In this document: in pieces, positions 12,269 through 24,300 of the stretch
How positions within the stretch are numbered: position 1 is the stretch's first letter
Layout of the letters: every line of letters starts with the position of its first letter
Source of the DNA: Macrostomum lignano
Taxonomy: Eukaryota
Direction of reading: 5' to 3'
NCBI GenBank assembly: GCA_002269645.1
Contig: NIVC01003842.1
Span: 10,295-74,294 of the forward strand
Length of the DNA stretch: 64,000 bases
Notes under the pieces: generated by a model
What the model was told of the DNA's origin: nothing
What the model saw: the letters and a program-made list of their open reading frames with translations, nothing else
The model's database searches: none
Made by a program: the position numbers and the translations under genes

Positions 12269-15200
12269 ATGAGCGATTCATCATCAACAGCCAAGGCGGA
12301 GCTGATGGATGACGAGAAGCTAAAAGAAAATGCAGAGCAGGAAAAGAAAGAAAAGGAAGAGAAAGAAAAGAAAGAAAAGAAAGAAAAGGAAGAGAAAGAC
12401 GAGAGGGAAAAGCAGGCTGCAAAGGATTTTGTAGCCGCCAAAGAGAAAGAGGCCATTGAAAGGCACACAGAAGAGTCACGGGCATTGAAAGCCGTAGAAA
12501 AGCATGCTGAGCAAGCGGCAGCAGGCGAGGGGAATCAAAAGCCGGAAGATAATTCAGAAGCTCAGAAAAAGCTGAACTCAGGCCAGCAAATGCTAGAGCA
12601 GAATCAACAGCAGCGGCAACAATTGACTCGACCCCTATCAGACACTGAAGTAGTTAAAGTCCTATCCAGTGCTGCAGACGGAGTTGCTTTAAAAGGTTCG
12701 TACTTCCTCGAGGGTCAATGGGTTCGACGAAAGCGTCAGCTCATGGAGATCTGCGAACCATTATCATTTACTCCATCAGACCTGAGTGAAAGCTTTGATG
12801 AGGAATTCTCCACACAGAAGCAGCTGGACAACTTCAGCTCGTCTTTGACTACAGGGGAGCTGAAAGTTGGAATGCAAGCAGATGTCAATGTTGGACTTTC
12901 CGCAACTAAAGCGAAAGCAGATGCCCCATATTGTAAAGAAGACTCTCGGGGCGCAGAGAAGCACAAAACGAGCTGCTTCATCTCCCGTTGCCGTGTTCAC
13001 ACCCAGGCAGCTGGCGCATGCAATTTAAAGCTGTCTCAGCTTCGACTTTCAGCAGAAGCCATAGAGGAGCTGAGGAAGATAGATAAAGAACTCAATCTGA
13101 AAGGCAATGCTGACAGCTCGATTGAAATTTTTTTCTCCCAGTTTGGCAGCCATGTAACATGCGGAACAGTGTATTTTGGGACCCTGTTCGTTACAACTGC
13201 TGAGTACAAGAGCGAGATATTGGAGGAAGCTGAAACGTACAGGAAACTTGTGAGAATGAAATTAGATGCATCTTTTGCAACTGCTTTTGGACCCCGGGTT
13301 GGTGTTGGAGCGCATGGCAGACTTGCAAAGGGAAGATCTACAAATCGAGAGTGTTCAAGCGATCAAAGAATGGAAAATATTGTTATAAAAAGCACCGAAA
13401 GAGGCAGCGGTGGCAGTGTTGAAGAGCCCCAAAAATTTGCTATCATCACAAAGGGCTTTCAACATGGAGCTTGGAACTTAATAAAGCTTCATCACAAGAG
13501 TGAGTTCCACAACCCTTCAGCTCTGTCACAAGCACTTAAGTCCTTTTGGGAATCCCTTACTGGTCTTCGCGACGAGACAGTGGATGAGGAATGCTCTGAA
13601 GCAATCGAATCAGCAGATGAATTCGTTAAAGAAGTCTGCAGCGTCATCAGCAACTCAGGCCAAATTCAAACTCTGAAGCAGTGGGAGGATCGCTTGAGAA
13701 CTGTGTGCGACAAGCTGGAACGAATTGAGCAGCTCACAGTTCCTGATCGCAGAGGTGAAGGCTGGGTGCACTTACAAAGCGTCCAGCAGTTTCTTGAAGC
13801 ATTCTGCTCGGAAGAGCATGATCTGGATTGCTTTGAAGGAGAAGCCATCAAAAAGCAATTGAAGCGCCTGATTGAGCTGTCGGGAAGCAAAGAGTTTCCG
13901 AAAAAAGAAAAGATTGTCTGCCTATTGCAGAAAGAATCTGTAAAACCGAAGTACACTCCTTTGAGTGATATGCGAATCACAACACCGGAACAACTATTAG
14001 ATGCTATCCGCAGCCGAACGCTACCAGACATGCAAAGAGAGATCAGCAAGTCGGGTTGTGATGAAGTAAAAGTGTTACAACTTGTTCGGCAAGACCTCAC
14101 AGCTGCAGTGAGACATTTGCTCAAGCATCTAAGAGCAGAAGCCGATCAAAAAAGAGCACTGTTTTTGACACTTTTGGCTCTTCTAAAAGCGTCGTTTCAG
14201 CTTGAAAACGAAGAATTCGAGTTGCTACTCACTCGAGAAAAGATTGAAGCAATGGCTAAAAACCTTGATGAAATGATTCAGAAACTCAGGAAACTTGAAA
14301 ACACTGGAGAGCCACAATTCATTGATTGTCAGTTGTTAAAAATTCTGATCCTAAACGAAGGAGGTAAATGGAGTTCTAGTGAAAGTGTTATGAGCCTGTT
14401 GAACCATGTTGATTGGACTCCGGCAGTGCGACAGGCGGTAGAGAGTTTCAAGACGTCTAAAGACTGGAATAGTTTAAGTGAAGAAGTGAATGGACTATTG
14501 ACAGACTTCACCACGAATGGAAAACTGCTGCGGCTCACCTTTGCTGTAGACGAACCCTCGCAGAATTCGATTGAGGTGCCATCCACAGAGTTTCTGGAAA
14601 TGACACGAAATTCTCTCACAGAAGACCAGAAAACACTTTTCAGGACTTTAAATCTAACAGAGCGCTTTCCGGACAAGATTATTCTCCGTGAAGTCATGAA
14701 GCTTCAGGATGAGAGTCAAGATTCGCCAAACCATATGGAAGATATTGCTTATAGAATATTGAAAGCAGTTATTATGACTAACTATAAATCGGTGAGGAAT
14801 TTTTCAAATCCTACTTCTACATCCTCGTCACCTTCTGCAGCATCTGCAGCGAAAAATAACGGTTCGTCTAATGACGGGGACAGCCCAGAAGCTGAGGAAT
14901 TGGAGGTCTCACCATTTCCTTCGGATGTTTTTCTTGCCTGTTTTCTTTGCTGCGATGCCAGGCTAAAGCAGCTGATAGCAGAGAAGCTTTTTGACTGCAA
15001 GATGGCTGTTCCCATAGCTTGGAGTGCTGCAGAAGGTGTGCAGCTGTTCACCTGGCCTCTCAGATCATGCGTTCTCAACTACAACGACCAGGGTGAAGTC
15101 AATGTTCAGAAGCATATGATTTCTGATTCTTTTCGTGTGATATCTGTACTTAGGCTTGGCATTAGCACGGTCTCTAAGTCTGAGATCATCAACAAGTGCA

Positions 15201-18200
15201 TCGATGACAAACATTTGTGGTTCAGCGAGCCATCGGAATCAAAGAGCAGCAGAATTTTAAGTGCCGGCAGCATTGAGCAGGCTTGGGTATTCCCAACTAC
15301 AGATGATAACCATCTTAAACTGAACGAAGCTGCTTGTGTCCTGAATTTGCGGGGTGACGCCATGGAGTTTGTGCAACAGCGACAGTTTCTTGCTGACGTG
15401 TCAGCCTGCGTCATTGTACTGCTCCCCGATGATGAGGGCTTGGATACTCAGCAGCAGAGTGCAGTAACAGAAACTCTCAGTGACCTATTCGAGCAAAATA
15501 AAAACCTCCTGCTGGTTGCAACTTCAAGCGAGATTCCATGCTATGTAAATCAGCTGGCGTCACCTGAAAACCTTGGCGACAGTTTTAAGCCAGCAGAGTC
15601 AATAGTAAACAGCGCAGGTACAATGAGGCTATCTGCTCTCGTGACTGCTGTAAAGAAAAAACTCAGCAAAAAGCTAAGCGAGGGACAACAAAATTATGTT
15701 TCTATAAGCACTATGATTGTGCACGCAAAAAAATTTCCAGGTTGGCACGTTGATGAAGTTCAGAGAAAAATTCTGTTGCAGCAGAAAAGAGCTGAAACAC
15801 TGGTTTGCACGGCTCGTAGCATTTTGGTGGAGCAAAATGAATCGTTGTTTCCGTTGCAAGAAGAGCCTTGGAAACAGATTGCAAAATTAGAGAAAGGCAT
15901 TGTAAGAAATGTCCAAAAATTGAGCTTTAAAGAAAAACTTGAGCAAATTCATGAGGATAAATCAAGGATCAGAGCGCTTCGACAAAAGCAAATGGAGCTT
16001 CTATCGAATGAAATGAAAAATCCGGGTGGCTTTATGAAGTTATTTTTCGATTTTCTTGATGAAGCCTCCGTAGATTCGGCTGCGATTGTTTTTTTACAGT
16101 GCTTGAAGATTAGTTTTGATGCACAAATACGCCAAAAAATTGGAATCGAGCATATTCTCCGTGAGGTCTGCCAGGTGTACGAGGCAATTGTGAGTAACGA
16201 TAGCATAGCTACAGAATATCGAGATTTCACCGACAAGCTGCTCACCTCCACTGTGCAGCTGCTGCTGCATGGACACCCAATTGAGCTGATGGATGGAGAC
16301 GTCAACTGCATCCCTACCAAGTGGGTCGAGGCGCTGCTGAAAAAACTGCACGAGACCCTCGGTAACAAATCATTGCTGGCTGTGTCAGTGCTGGGAGTTC
16401 AGAGTTCTGGAAAATCAACGCTGTTAAACACCATGTTCGGATTGCAGAATGCAGTTAGTGCAGGTCGGTGCACAAAGGGTGCATTTATGCAGCTGGTGCA
16501 AAATGACCCAAGTAAACCAGGCTTGCCAATAGATTTCGTGATGATCATAGATACTGAAGGCCTGCGTTCATTAGACAGAGGAGATGCAGGAAGGAGCCGC
16601 GATAGCGAGCTGGCCACAATGGCAATCGGACTGGCTGACGTCACCATCATGAACATCATGGGTGAAAATGCAGCAGAAATTTCAGACGTATTGCAGATTG
16701 TGTCTCATGTGTTTTTGAAAATGCGGGCAGCATCAGAAAACCTGGTGCGAAACAAATCATGTCTGTTCATTCACCAAAACGTGTCTGCAACAGACTCGAG
16801 AGAGAGGACCCAGACTGCTCGTGATCGGCTGCTGGAGACGCTCAACAAGACGGCCCAAGCAGCAGCAGCTGATCAAGGCATCGAAGAAGTGAAGAGCTTT
16901 AGTGACATCATAGCTTTCGACTGTAATAAAAGTGTGATTTTTTTACCAACTCTGTGGGAAGGTGAGCCGCCTCGAGCGCCAGTGAACCCCGGGTATAGCC
17001 GTGGAATACAAAACGCCAAATGCCGGTTACTTGAGTGCTTGCGCAACGCATCCAAGTCAAAGCTGACTTTGGAACAATTTCCCACAAGACTAAACGACCT
17101 GTGGGAAGCAGTTCTGAAAGAAGACTATTTGTTCAGCTTTAAGAATACATTGGAGATCAATGCTTACCGAGACGTGCAAAGGTGTTACATTGAGCATAGG
17201 AAAAAGATGGAACTAGACGTCTGGACTAATGTCACAAAGGTCCATCTACCGAAAATGCGATCATGCACAGATATAGATCTCTTGTCTCGTACGCTTAGAG
17301 AATTGACTTCTGAAACTACGAAATACATTGAAGAGCGTTTCGGAGAAGTAAATAAAGAGCTAAAGAAATTCTTCACAAGCCATGACCAAAACCAGATTAT
17401 TGTGCAGTGGAAGGAAAGAACTCTGCTACATTTGGATGATGATAAAGACAGGCTAATACGCGAACATACTTGCAGGCTTTGTGAAGTGAAAGAAGAGCGA
17501 CGCGTTCTGCTTCAGAGTAAAGGAAAGTCTGATAAGTGCAAGAAGAAGGTATTTAAGAAAGCAGGCAGCCTAGCTAAAGAAATGAAAAATAAAGAAATGA
17601 AAATGACAGAATCAGAGGTAAAAGAGAAATTTGACGTCTTCTGGGAGAAGGAAATGAGCGAATTGTCGCGCACTGACAAGGCTCCAACTGACTTTCATGG
17701 CACGGCTGAGAAAATTCTTCGGGAGTTGCATAGTGAAAAAAGTTCTATAATTAGTGAAGTAATCGACTTTTTTCGGAGCCATGTGAATAGTTCAGTAAAC
17801 CTGGACGAGTCATTGAAGGAAATACTTATCGAATTCAATCGCCAGAAGAAAAACTGCTTGTATAAGCGATTAGATGTCGAAAAGACTGATTACGATTGTC
17901 AACAACAAAGTTTGGACATAGCCGAAGGAATTTTTGACAAAATAAAGGAGCAGGAAATCGATTCACTCGTTGAAGAAGAAAATAACATTGCTAAGGTGTT
18001 CGATGACATTGCTAAGCATATTGATGGGGAGGTCCGCGACTTCAATTCAGAAGAGCAACATGGCGATGAAAAAAGACTAATCACTCTCTTACCGCAGTTC
18101 AATATGTGCCTGCAAGCATTTTCAACGTTTTATGCAGCAACAGTGTTTACGGAGAGGCATGACAAATTCGAGCGAGAGCATGGTGCCAAAGCGAAGCTGC

Positions 18201-19384
18201 AGAACTTTAGGCCAACAATTCTACAGGAGTTTCTGGGCATTTTTAGACAGGAGAGTGAGGAAGTGAGCAGTGCGTGCCTCATCGGCAATCTTCTTGGCGA
18301 AAGCGTGCGCACGGAGGCTCTCCGAGATGCTGCGAATGATATTGCTAGAGAAATCATGGAAACAGCTAGCTATGAAAGCAAAAAAGAATTGTTTGAAACA
18401 ATCATGTTCAGCTTGTTTGACAGATTCGAAGTCTCTTCGGAAATTTTCTTTCAGGAATTCATGGATTTCGTGCAAAACAGCAACGAATTTGCAAAAAAGT
18501 GGTTTAGAAAACAAGCTAATATTAAATTCTTTCAGAAGTATGACAGAGAAGATTCAGAGTACACACTTCTTCTGAGGAAAGCAATTCAGACCCACATGAA
18601 GCCGATTTTTGAATCTGTAGAGGAAACAACCAAGAAAGTGAAGACACAGCTTGAAGAAGCAGGAGAGGATGCTAAACTTTCATCCAACCTGTTGCAGATG
18701 TGGACTGACACATTTAGTAATTGTTACCACAAAGCAGGTGCAGTCAACTTCGATGTGACAACTGACCGATCAATTAATGATCTTGAAAACTTTTCTAAGC
18801 TACTTCTAGAGAAACTGAAAGCTATAGAAGAAGATATACTCAGAAACGCTCCAACAAAGTACGAGGAAATGAAATGGGATGGAAAAGCACCTGAAGTATA
18901 CACAGGCAAGTTCTCCGGAGTTCATAGGAATTCTCGTATGTTTTGTTTGCGATGCTTTGCGAGTTGCTTTCCTTGCTTATCTGCGATTTTCGGCGGTCGC
19001 AGAGACGAAATACTTTTACCGAAATGGTTGTGCAATCAACCTTTCTGTCTGATGGGGTGGGTAGAAGAAAAGACAGACAAGTTGGCTCTTGTCAGTTGCC
19101 GTAGTGCTCGAAGATTTAATTTGAATCAAGACAAGAAATCAATCAAGAAAAAAAAACTATTTTTATCAATTGATTTTGAAGTATATGATGAAGTAACGCA
19201 AAGCCAGTTTTGGCAATGGTTTGTGTGCAAGTTCAAGAAGGAGTTGGAGTCAAAATACGGCAAAGAATTGGCGGCTGTGCCAAAAGAGTGGCAGGATATT
19301 AGTTTTGACGAGGCCAAGGACTGGCTTTCAAGACATGAACTTCAGGCTGAGGAGCCAGTTAATAGATCGTGCAACATCCTGTGA
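12269..19384 (+). CDS. GVIN1: Interferon-induced very large GTPase 1-like protein (VLIG/GVIN family), single coding exon, ~2371 aa
   Basis: G1 motif LGVQSSGKSTLLNTMFG, SAGRCTKGAFMQLV, G3 IIDTEGL and DSELATMAIGLADVTIMNIMGEN are typical of the VLIG-type G domain. FFSQFGSHV near the N-terminus and FWQWFVCKF near the C-terminus also match GVIN1 as I recall it. The first ATG is at 12269, after acceptor TTTTTTCATACCTTGCAG (12253); the track's TTG start at 12248 lies in the intron. Confidence 0.9.
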   Translation: MSDSSSTAKAELMDDEKLKENAEQEKKEKEEKEKKEKKEKEEKDEREKQAAKDFVAAKEKEAIERHTEESRALKAVEKHAEQAAAGEGNQKPEDNSEAQKKLNSGQQMLEQNQQQRQQLTRPLSDTEVVKVLSSAADGVALKGSYFLEGQWVRRKRQLMEICEPLSFTPSDLSESFDEEFSTQKQLDNFSSSLTTGELKVGMQADVNVGLSATKAKADAPYCKEDSRGAEKHKTSCFISRCRVHTQAAGACNLKLSQLRLSAEAIEELRKIDKELNLKGNADSSIEIFFSQFGSHVTCGTVYFGTLFVTTAEYKSEILEEAETYRKLVRMKLDASFATAFGPRVGVGAHGRLAKGRSTNRECSSDQRMENIVIKSTERGSGGSVEEPQKFAIITKGFQHGAWNLIKLHHKSEFHNPSALSQALKSFWESLTGLRDETVDEECSEAIESADEFVKEVCSVISNSGQIQTLKQWEDRLRTVCDKLERIEQLTVPDRRGEGWVHLQSVQQFLEAFCSEEHDLDCFEGEAIKKQLKRLIELSGSKEFPKKEKIVCLLQKESVKPKYTPLSDMRITTPEQLLDAIRSRTLPDMQREISKSGCDEVKVLQLVRQDLTAAVRHLLKHLRAEADQKRALFLTLLALLKASFQLENEEFELLLTREKIEAMAKNLDEMIQKLRKLENTGEPQFIDCQLLKILILNEGGKWSSSESVMSLLNHVDWTPAVRQAVESFKTSKDWNSLSEEVNGLLTDFTTNGKLLRLTFAVDEPSQNSIEVPSTEFLEMTRNSLTEDQKTLFRTLNLTERFPDKIILREVMKLQDESQDSPNHMEDIAYRILKAVIMTNYKSVRNFSNPTSTSSSPSAASAAKNNGSSNDGDSPEAEELEVSPFPSDVFLACFLCCDARLKQLIAEKLFDCKMAVPIAWSAAEGVQLFTWPLRSCVLNYNDQGEVNVQKHMISDSFRVISVLRLGISTVSKSEIINKCIDDKHLWFSEPSESKSSRILSAGSIEQAWVFPTTDDNHLKLNEAACVLNLRGDAMEFVQQRQFLADVSACVIVLLPDDEGLDTQQQSAVTETLSDLFEQNKNLLLVATSSEIPCYVNQLASPENLGDSFKPAESIVNSAGTMRLSALVTAVKKKLSKKLSEGQQNYVSISTMIVHAKKFPGWHVDEVQRKILLQQKRAETLVCTARSILVEQNESLFPLQEEPWKQIAKLEKGIVRNVQKLSFKEKLEQIHEDKSRIRALRQKQMELLSNEMKNPGGFMKLFFDFLDEASVDSAAIVFLQCLKISFDAQIRQKIGIEHILREVCQVYEAIVSNDSIATEYRDFTDKLLTSTVQLLLHGHPIELMDGDVNCIPTKWVEALLKKLHETLGNKSLLAVSVLGVQSSGKSTLLNTMFGLQNAVSAGRCTKGAFMQLVQNDPSKPGLPIDFVMIIDTEGLRSLDRGDAGRSRDSELATMAIGLADVTIMNIMGENAAEISDVLQIVSHVFLKMRAASENLVRNKSCLFIHQNVSATDSRERTQTARDRLLETLNKTAQAAAADQGIEEVKSFSDIIAFDCNKSVIFLPTLWEGEPPRAPVNPGYSRGIQNAKCRLLECLRNASKSKLTLEQFPTRLNDLWEAVLKEDYLFSFKNTLEINAYRDVQRCYIEHRKKMELDVWTNVTKVHLPKMRSCTDIDLLSRTLRELTSETTKYIEERFGEVNKELKKFFTSHDQNQIIVQWKERTLLHLDDDKDRLIREHTCRLCEVKEERRVLLQSKGKSDKCKKKVFKKAGSLAKEMKNKEMKMTESEVKEKFDVFWEKEMSELSRTDKAPTDFHGTAEKILRELHSEKSSIISEVIDFFRSHVNSSVNLDESLKEILIEFNRQKKNCLYKRLDVEKTDYDCQQQSLDIAEGIFDKIKEQEIDSLVEEENNIAKVFDDIAKHIDGEVRDFNSEEQHGDEKRLITLLPQFNMCLQAFSTFYAATVFTERHDKFEREHGAKAKLQNFRPTILQEFLGIFRQESEEVSSACLIGNLLGESVRTEALRDAANDIAREIMETASYESKKELFETIMFSLFDRFEVSSEIFFQEFMDFVQNSNEFAKKWFRKQANIKFFQKYDREDSEYTLLLRKAIQTHMKPIFESVEETTKKVKTQLEEAGEDAKLSSNLLQMWTDTFSNCYHKAGAVNFDVTTDRSINDLENFSKLLLEKLKAIEEDILRNAPTKYEEMKWDGKAPEVYTGKFSGVHRNSRMFCLRCFASCFPCLSAIFGGRRDEILLPKWLCNQPFCLMGWVEEKTDKLALVSCRSARRFNLNQDKKSIKKKKLFLSIDFEVYDEVTQSQFWQWFVCKFKKELESKYGKELAAVPKEWQDISFDEAKDWLSRHELQAEEPVNRSCNIL

Positions 19385-21210
19385 CGATTATGAAGTACTT
19401 TTTGTTAAATATGCAACTATATAAAAATAACTTTAAGATAATGAGGTTTGATATCAGCGAAAATATTAGCTATCAATACTGCGATCACTACAGTAGGTAC
19501 ATTCTGAATTCCAAAGAACTACGCTCGTATTTTAACCGAATGTACTGCACCATTTCTTAATAGCTAGCTCGTAAATTGCTAAGCCAGTAATTGTTCATTG
19601 ATGAATTTTTGTTTAACTTACATCTTTATTTCTGTCAGTATGATATAAATTTATCCAAATAATCAAAAAATGATTACTCAAAAACCTTACCAATTTACGA
19701 GCTAAAAGTTTGGAAACATCATTTTGATTAAAGTATTTCGGCTGAAGTCGAATTTCAAAACCGTTTGTTAATTAGTATTGTTCGTTCAGTTGGTTTTTTA
19801 GTTTACGAGCGTATTTGAAAAAATTACTAAATCACATTAAAACTTTTCCAAGACCCTCAGGCATCGTTTTTTAGCTATCTGATATGCCTGCAAAGTCTTA
19901 CATAAACTAATATTTTTGAGTAGCTACGTTCGTAATTCCCAGATTTTTATAGTCATGTTTTTTCTCATTTTTTGTACGATCGTAATTTAAATTGTAAACC
20001 CATAATTTAAACTGTGTTGAACTACCCATGTATTAAAAGCTTGTAACCACTTTCTCACTTAGCTAGAGACTTCGTTTTTATGACTCATTTTGCATATTTG
20101 TAATTGAGGTCTGTTTAACTGCTCTACGAGCGTATAATTTTGATTAGCTACACTATACGGTGATAGAAATCGAAACCGAAGTCATTTATTCTCGCTTATT
20201 TTTTACGTTTCTTATATATAATTTTTTGCACCTGAAAAGCAGTTTTTTCGACTTCTTATATTATGCTTATTATTATCCAGATTCGTTGAGCGATACCGAT
20301 GAATAATATCAACTTTTTATTTTATATCAACGTATATATATTTTATTGTACAGGATGTTCAGGAGCGATAGTTGAAGCCCCAACATATATTCCAGATTCT
20401 CAACCGCGTATAAATTTAGTTATCGGATTGTTCTTTAATTGAAATAAACATATTCAAATTTTAATTTTTTAATTATACAACGTAAAACATCACAAATAGT
20501 AATCTACACTATATATATGGTTATCTGCTTATTATCCTAAATGTTTCGCCTGCAGTTTGCTTCCTCTTTCAAATTGAATAGATTAAAGAATTACAAGCGT
20601 TAATGGCGTCAATGTGATAATCAGGAGTACAAAAATTGCCCACGCGAAGTTTGCCAGCCGAATTTTGCAAATCGATGATTGCCGAAGTGCACATAACATT
20701 TCCCTGGTTCTTTGACTCTAGTATGTCATTGTAAGATTGTAATACGAGTATAGCAACATGCGTTTAAGGTCGAAAATTAGACTATCGATCAATCGAAACT
20801 CGAGGCTACAACTAAATATAACTCGTACGCTCGAAGCATGTAATTTAGGTGCGTTATGTACATGTATGCCGATGCTTGCTTTAATTTGTTAAAACGATGA
20901 GTGGGTGGAAAATCCAAGATGCGGGCAAATTAAGCGGGCAACCCTTGGTGGGCAAATGGGCAAATTTCCCACGGGCAATTTTCATAGACCCGATGATAAT
21001 CTCTCTAATCGTTCAGTCCGCGTCATCCCTTTTTTCTTGATATCACCCTCCAACTCTTGTGAGTTCCCCCCCCCCCCCGATGAGCAGTCTAATCCCTAAA
21101 TCCATATACTAAAAATGGTTTGTTGGTATGTGATCGATTTCAGAAAAATTTTATTCTTAATAATAGAGGATAAATGAAGTGCAGTTCATTTTATAAGCGC
21201 AGCTTGTGGC

Positions 21211-21594
21211 CAAGGACCACTAGAAGTCTAGAAGTTACCTTTGTATCAGGACGTAACACACGTAAATATTGCAAAATTATTTGAAAGCCCGCTTGTTTGC
21301 ATCGCAGCTAAACTTTGGATCAGCTGCACTTAAAATGACAATTTTTCGCCAGGTTGTTTGCAATTTCGTTTGCTTTAAGTTGACGCAAAGTTTGGCCTTA
21401 TATCTACATGTAGGCGTGTAGAATAATGGCTTTACGCAATATTTCTTGCAGTTAAAAAGAATAAAGCTGGAGAGTCATTTTAACTATCGTAAACATCGCT
21501 AAATACACTGTAAAACAGCGATCCTTCAAATAATAATTTTGCAATACTCAATAGTGTTACGTCCCGATGCAATGGTAACTTCTAGTGGTCCTTG
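21211..21594. mobile_element. Palindromic MITE (~385 bp) with long TIRs beginning CAAGGACCACTAGAAG
   Basis: CAAGGACCACTAGAAG..TTACCTTTGTATCAGGACGTAACAC at 21211 versus GTGTTACGTCCCGATGCAATGGTAACTTCTAGTGGTCCTTG ending at 21594. The symmetry extends inward (ATTGCAAAATTATT / AATAATTTTGCAAT). Confidence 0.75.
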
Positions 21595-23745
21595 AGTGTG
21601 ACCCCTCCCGGTAAGACAAAACAGACTTTTTATTTATTTTTCCTATATTTCTTCCTCTTTTGACTTTGTCCTCCAATTACCAGTCATCAGGATTGGACAC
21701 AAGCTACGAGTCTGCTAGTCTGCCAGTCTGCTGCTCATCCAAATCTCTTCCACCTGTTGAAGCTTCTACTCGGATCTGTGAAGAGTCCGTACACTCTCAA
21801 AACAGTAATCACCTTTCTGTCGCTGCTAAGTCGCTACTTGCTGCAGCCTCATCATCCGTGACGCATATCGGGGACCGCCGCTCCCTCCCTATCCCACTTG
21901 GCAAGCTGTGGGCAGTCCAGTACTCGAACTCTGAATGTTCCGCCTGCGATCGGTCCGCACGGATGGAAGCGTAAAATATACAACAAAACCATTATCCATC
22001 AAGATAAAAGGTTTGCAATAATCCTAAATCCAAACTAAATACATTAACAGGTCGTATGACATTTATAAATTTCTCTGATTCATACTGACCAAACCTAATG
22101 ACCTTTAACAAGAGGAGAAAAAGGACCACTTATAAGTAGGACGCGACACTGCTTATTCTCTAGCATATTCTAGCGTCACTTTCTCTAGCCTCGCTTGCTG
22201 TCTGGTAACATAAAAATACATATACTCAGCAACATTCAAAACCGCCGACCAAGAGCATTGCCTTTCCAACTCTCACTCAGACGCACTGGGTCAGACGCAG
22301 TTTGCAAGCTACGCTGACACTAATGAAGCAGTACTAGCTAGCAGAGACCAAAAATTAAAAAAGAAAGAAAGTAAAAAAAACAAACCATTCATTTATCTGG
22401 TCTGTCCTCGCTCTGTTTTGCAAAAAGATCACATAATTGAAATACAAAAATGATTCTGGCACTTTTGTTATTGTACAGGTAGGTTTTATAGGTATTCGGT
22501 AGTACGCTCTTGTTAATACGAGGGGTCACATGCGGAATTATTAGTCAAATAACAATAATTCATATACTACTTACTAAACAGTAGTTTTGAAGTTATTTGC
22601 ATCAATTGGTTCCCTTTGATGCGATAAACTTCACAAAGAAGCTGTCCTTCATTTTTATTCGGCACACACAACCGGTAACTTTATCAGGCATTAATAATTT
22701 TATCAATGTTCATTAAATTTGAAATTCGAAGTATAATAAAATAATTTCGCCATGATTGGACGATTGCAGCGTTCTACTCTTAAAGGAACATAAAAATAAA
22801 TAATATGAGAGGTCTGTAGTGGGCTTTCTATGGGCTGGAAAATAGCCTATGCCAATAGGAAGCTTGCCCTAGATATAATCAATACTAACTGCTGTAGCTA
22901 AACTAATTATTAAATATGAATATAGATTTCAAGCAATAAGGATTACTACAGTATGCTGCATCTCAATCAATATTTCTATTAAACTAATTCAAAAGCTGTC
23001 CTTATTAATGCGACACCTGACTTTATGATCTATAAATTTAACTTCTATTGCTGTTTAGCAATGGATTGGAATTTCCAACATCCCAAATCTTCAGATTCTC
23101 AAACTATACAATCTACCTCTACACAAAAGATGGAATATGGTAACTGATTAAACATTTCATACAGTACTTTACAAACAGAACTATGGTATATGAGCATAAA
23201 CAATCTTAGGGCAGAAAGAAAAAAACAAAATCTATGAGTGAGTGCATCAGGAAATTGCACTAACTGTCAGCATAAACAGTTCATACATAGAGAAAAAAAA
23301 TTTAACTAAATAATTACACCAATTGTTTGTAAATCTTTGTGCAACCATAGTATTCATCATTAAAAAGGCCTCAAATCAATTTAGCCGCCCTAGATGAAAA
23401 TTGAACATTCAATGAAGCCAAAAATGGAAGCAAGATTTCACAAGCTAGTCTATGTACCTGCTGTATGGGCTTGCTGGAACATGCTCGGAAGTGCATATGA
23501 GCAGAATGGGAGTATGTAAGAATACGAATAGCACTGCACAGATGATTGCAAAAAGCTTTGCTAATGGACGAGTGTGATTCGTTCTGCCAGGCAATGCTCT
23601 GTTTTGAACAATTATCCGTGATGTTTGACGTGGAAATCACATGTTACAGCTGCCTGAAATTCAATAATAATAGTGGCCTCGTTAAACATGCACATTTTTT
23701 TTTCAAATTAAGGCAGGGATGTCAAAATGAATGGGTGACAGGTAC

Positions 23746-24290
23746 AGATACAGAATGTGTGACAGGTAGAGACACAGAATGTGTGAAAGGTTAGAGACAC
23801 AGAATCGGTGACAAGTAGAGACACAGAATGAATGACAGGTAGAGACACAGAGTGGGTGACAGGTTAAAGACGCAGACTGGGCGACAGGTAAAGGCATAAT
23901 GTTTGACAGGTTAGAGACACAGAATCGGTGACAGGTAGAGACACAGAGTGGATGAAGTGGATGACAGGTAGAGACACAGAGTGGATGACAGGTAGAGACA
24001 CAGAATGTGTGACAGGTTAGAGACACAGAATCGGTGGCAGGTAGAGACACAGAGCGGATGACAGGTAGAGACACAGAATGTGTGACAGGTTAGAGACACA
24101 GAATGCGTGACAGGTTAGAGACACAGAGTGGATGACAGGTAGAGACACAGAATGTGTGACAGGTTAGAGACACAGAATGCGTGACAGGTTAGAGACTCAT
24201 AATCGGTGACAGGTAGAGACACAGAGTGGATGACAGGTAGAGACACAGAATCGGTGACAGGTAGAGACAGAATGGGTGACAGGTAGACAC
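23746..24290. repeat. Degenerate minisatellite with a ~24-25-bp unit (GTGACAGGT(T)AGAGACACAGAAT)
   Basis: About 22 visible variant units immediately 3' of mitoferrin exon 3. Confidence 0.9.
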
Positions 24291-24300
24291 AAAATGAAAC

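Noticed and set aside
21660-21974. 104-aa plus-strand ORF downstream of the GTPase
   Set aside because: TTG start and no recognisable motif. It probably overlaps the mitoferrin 3' UTR on the other strand.
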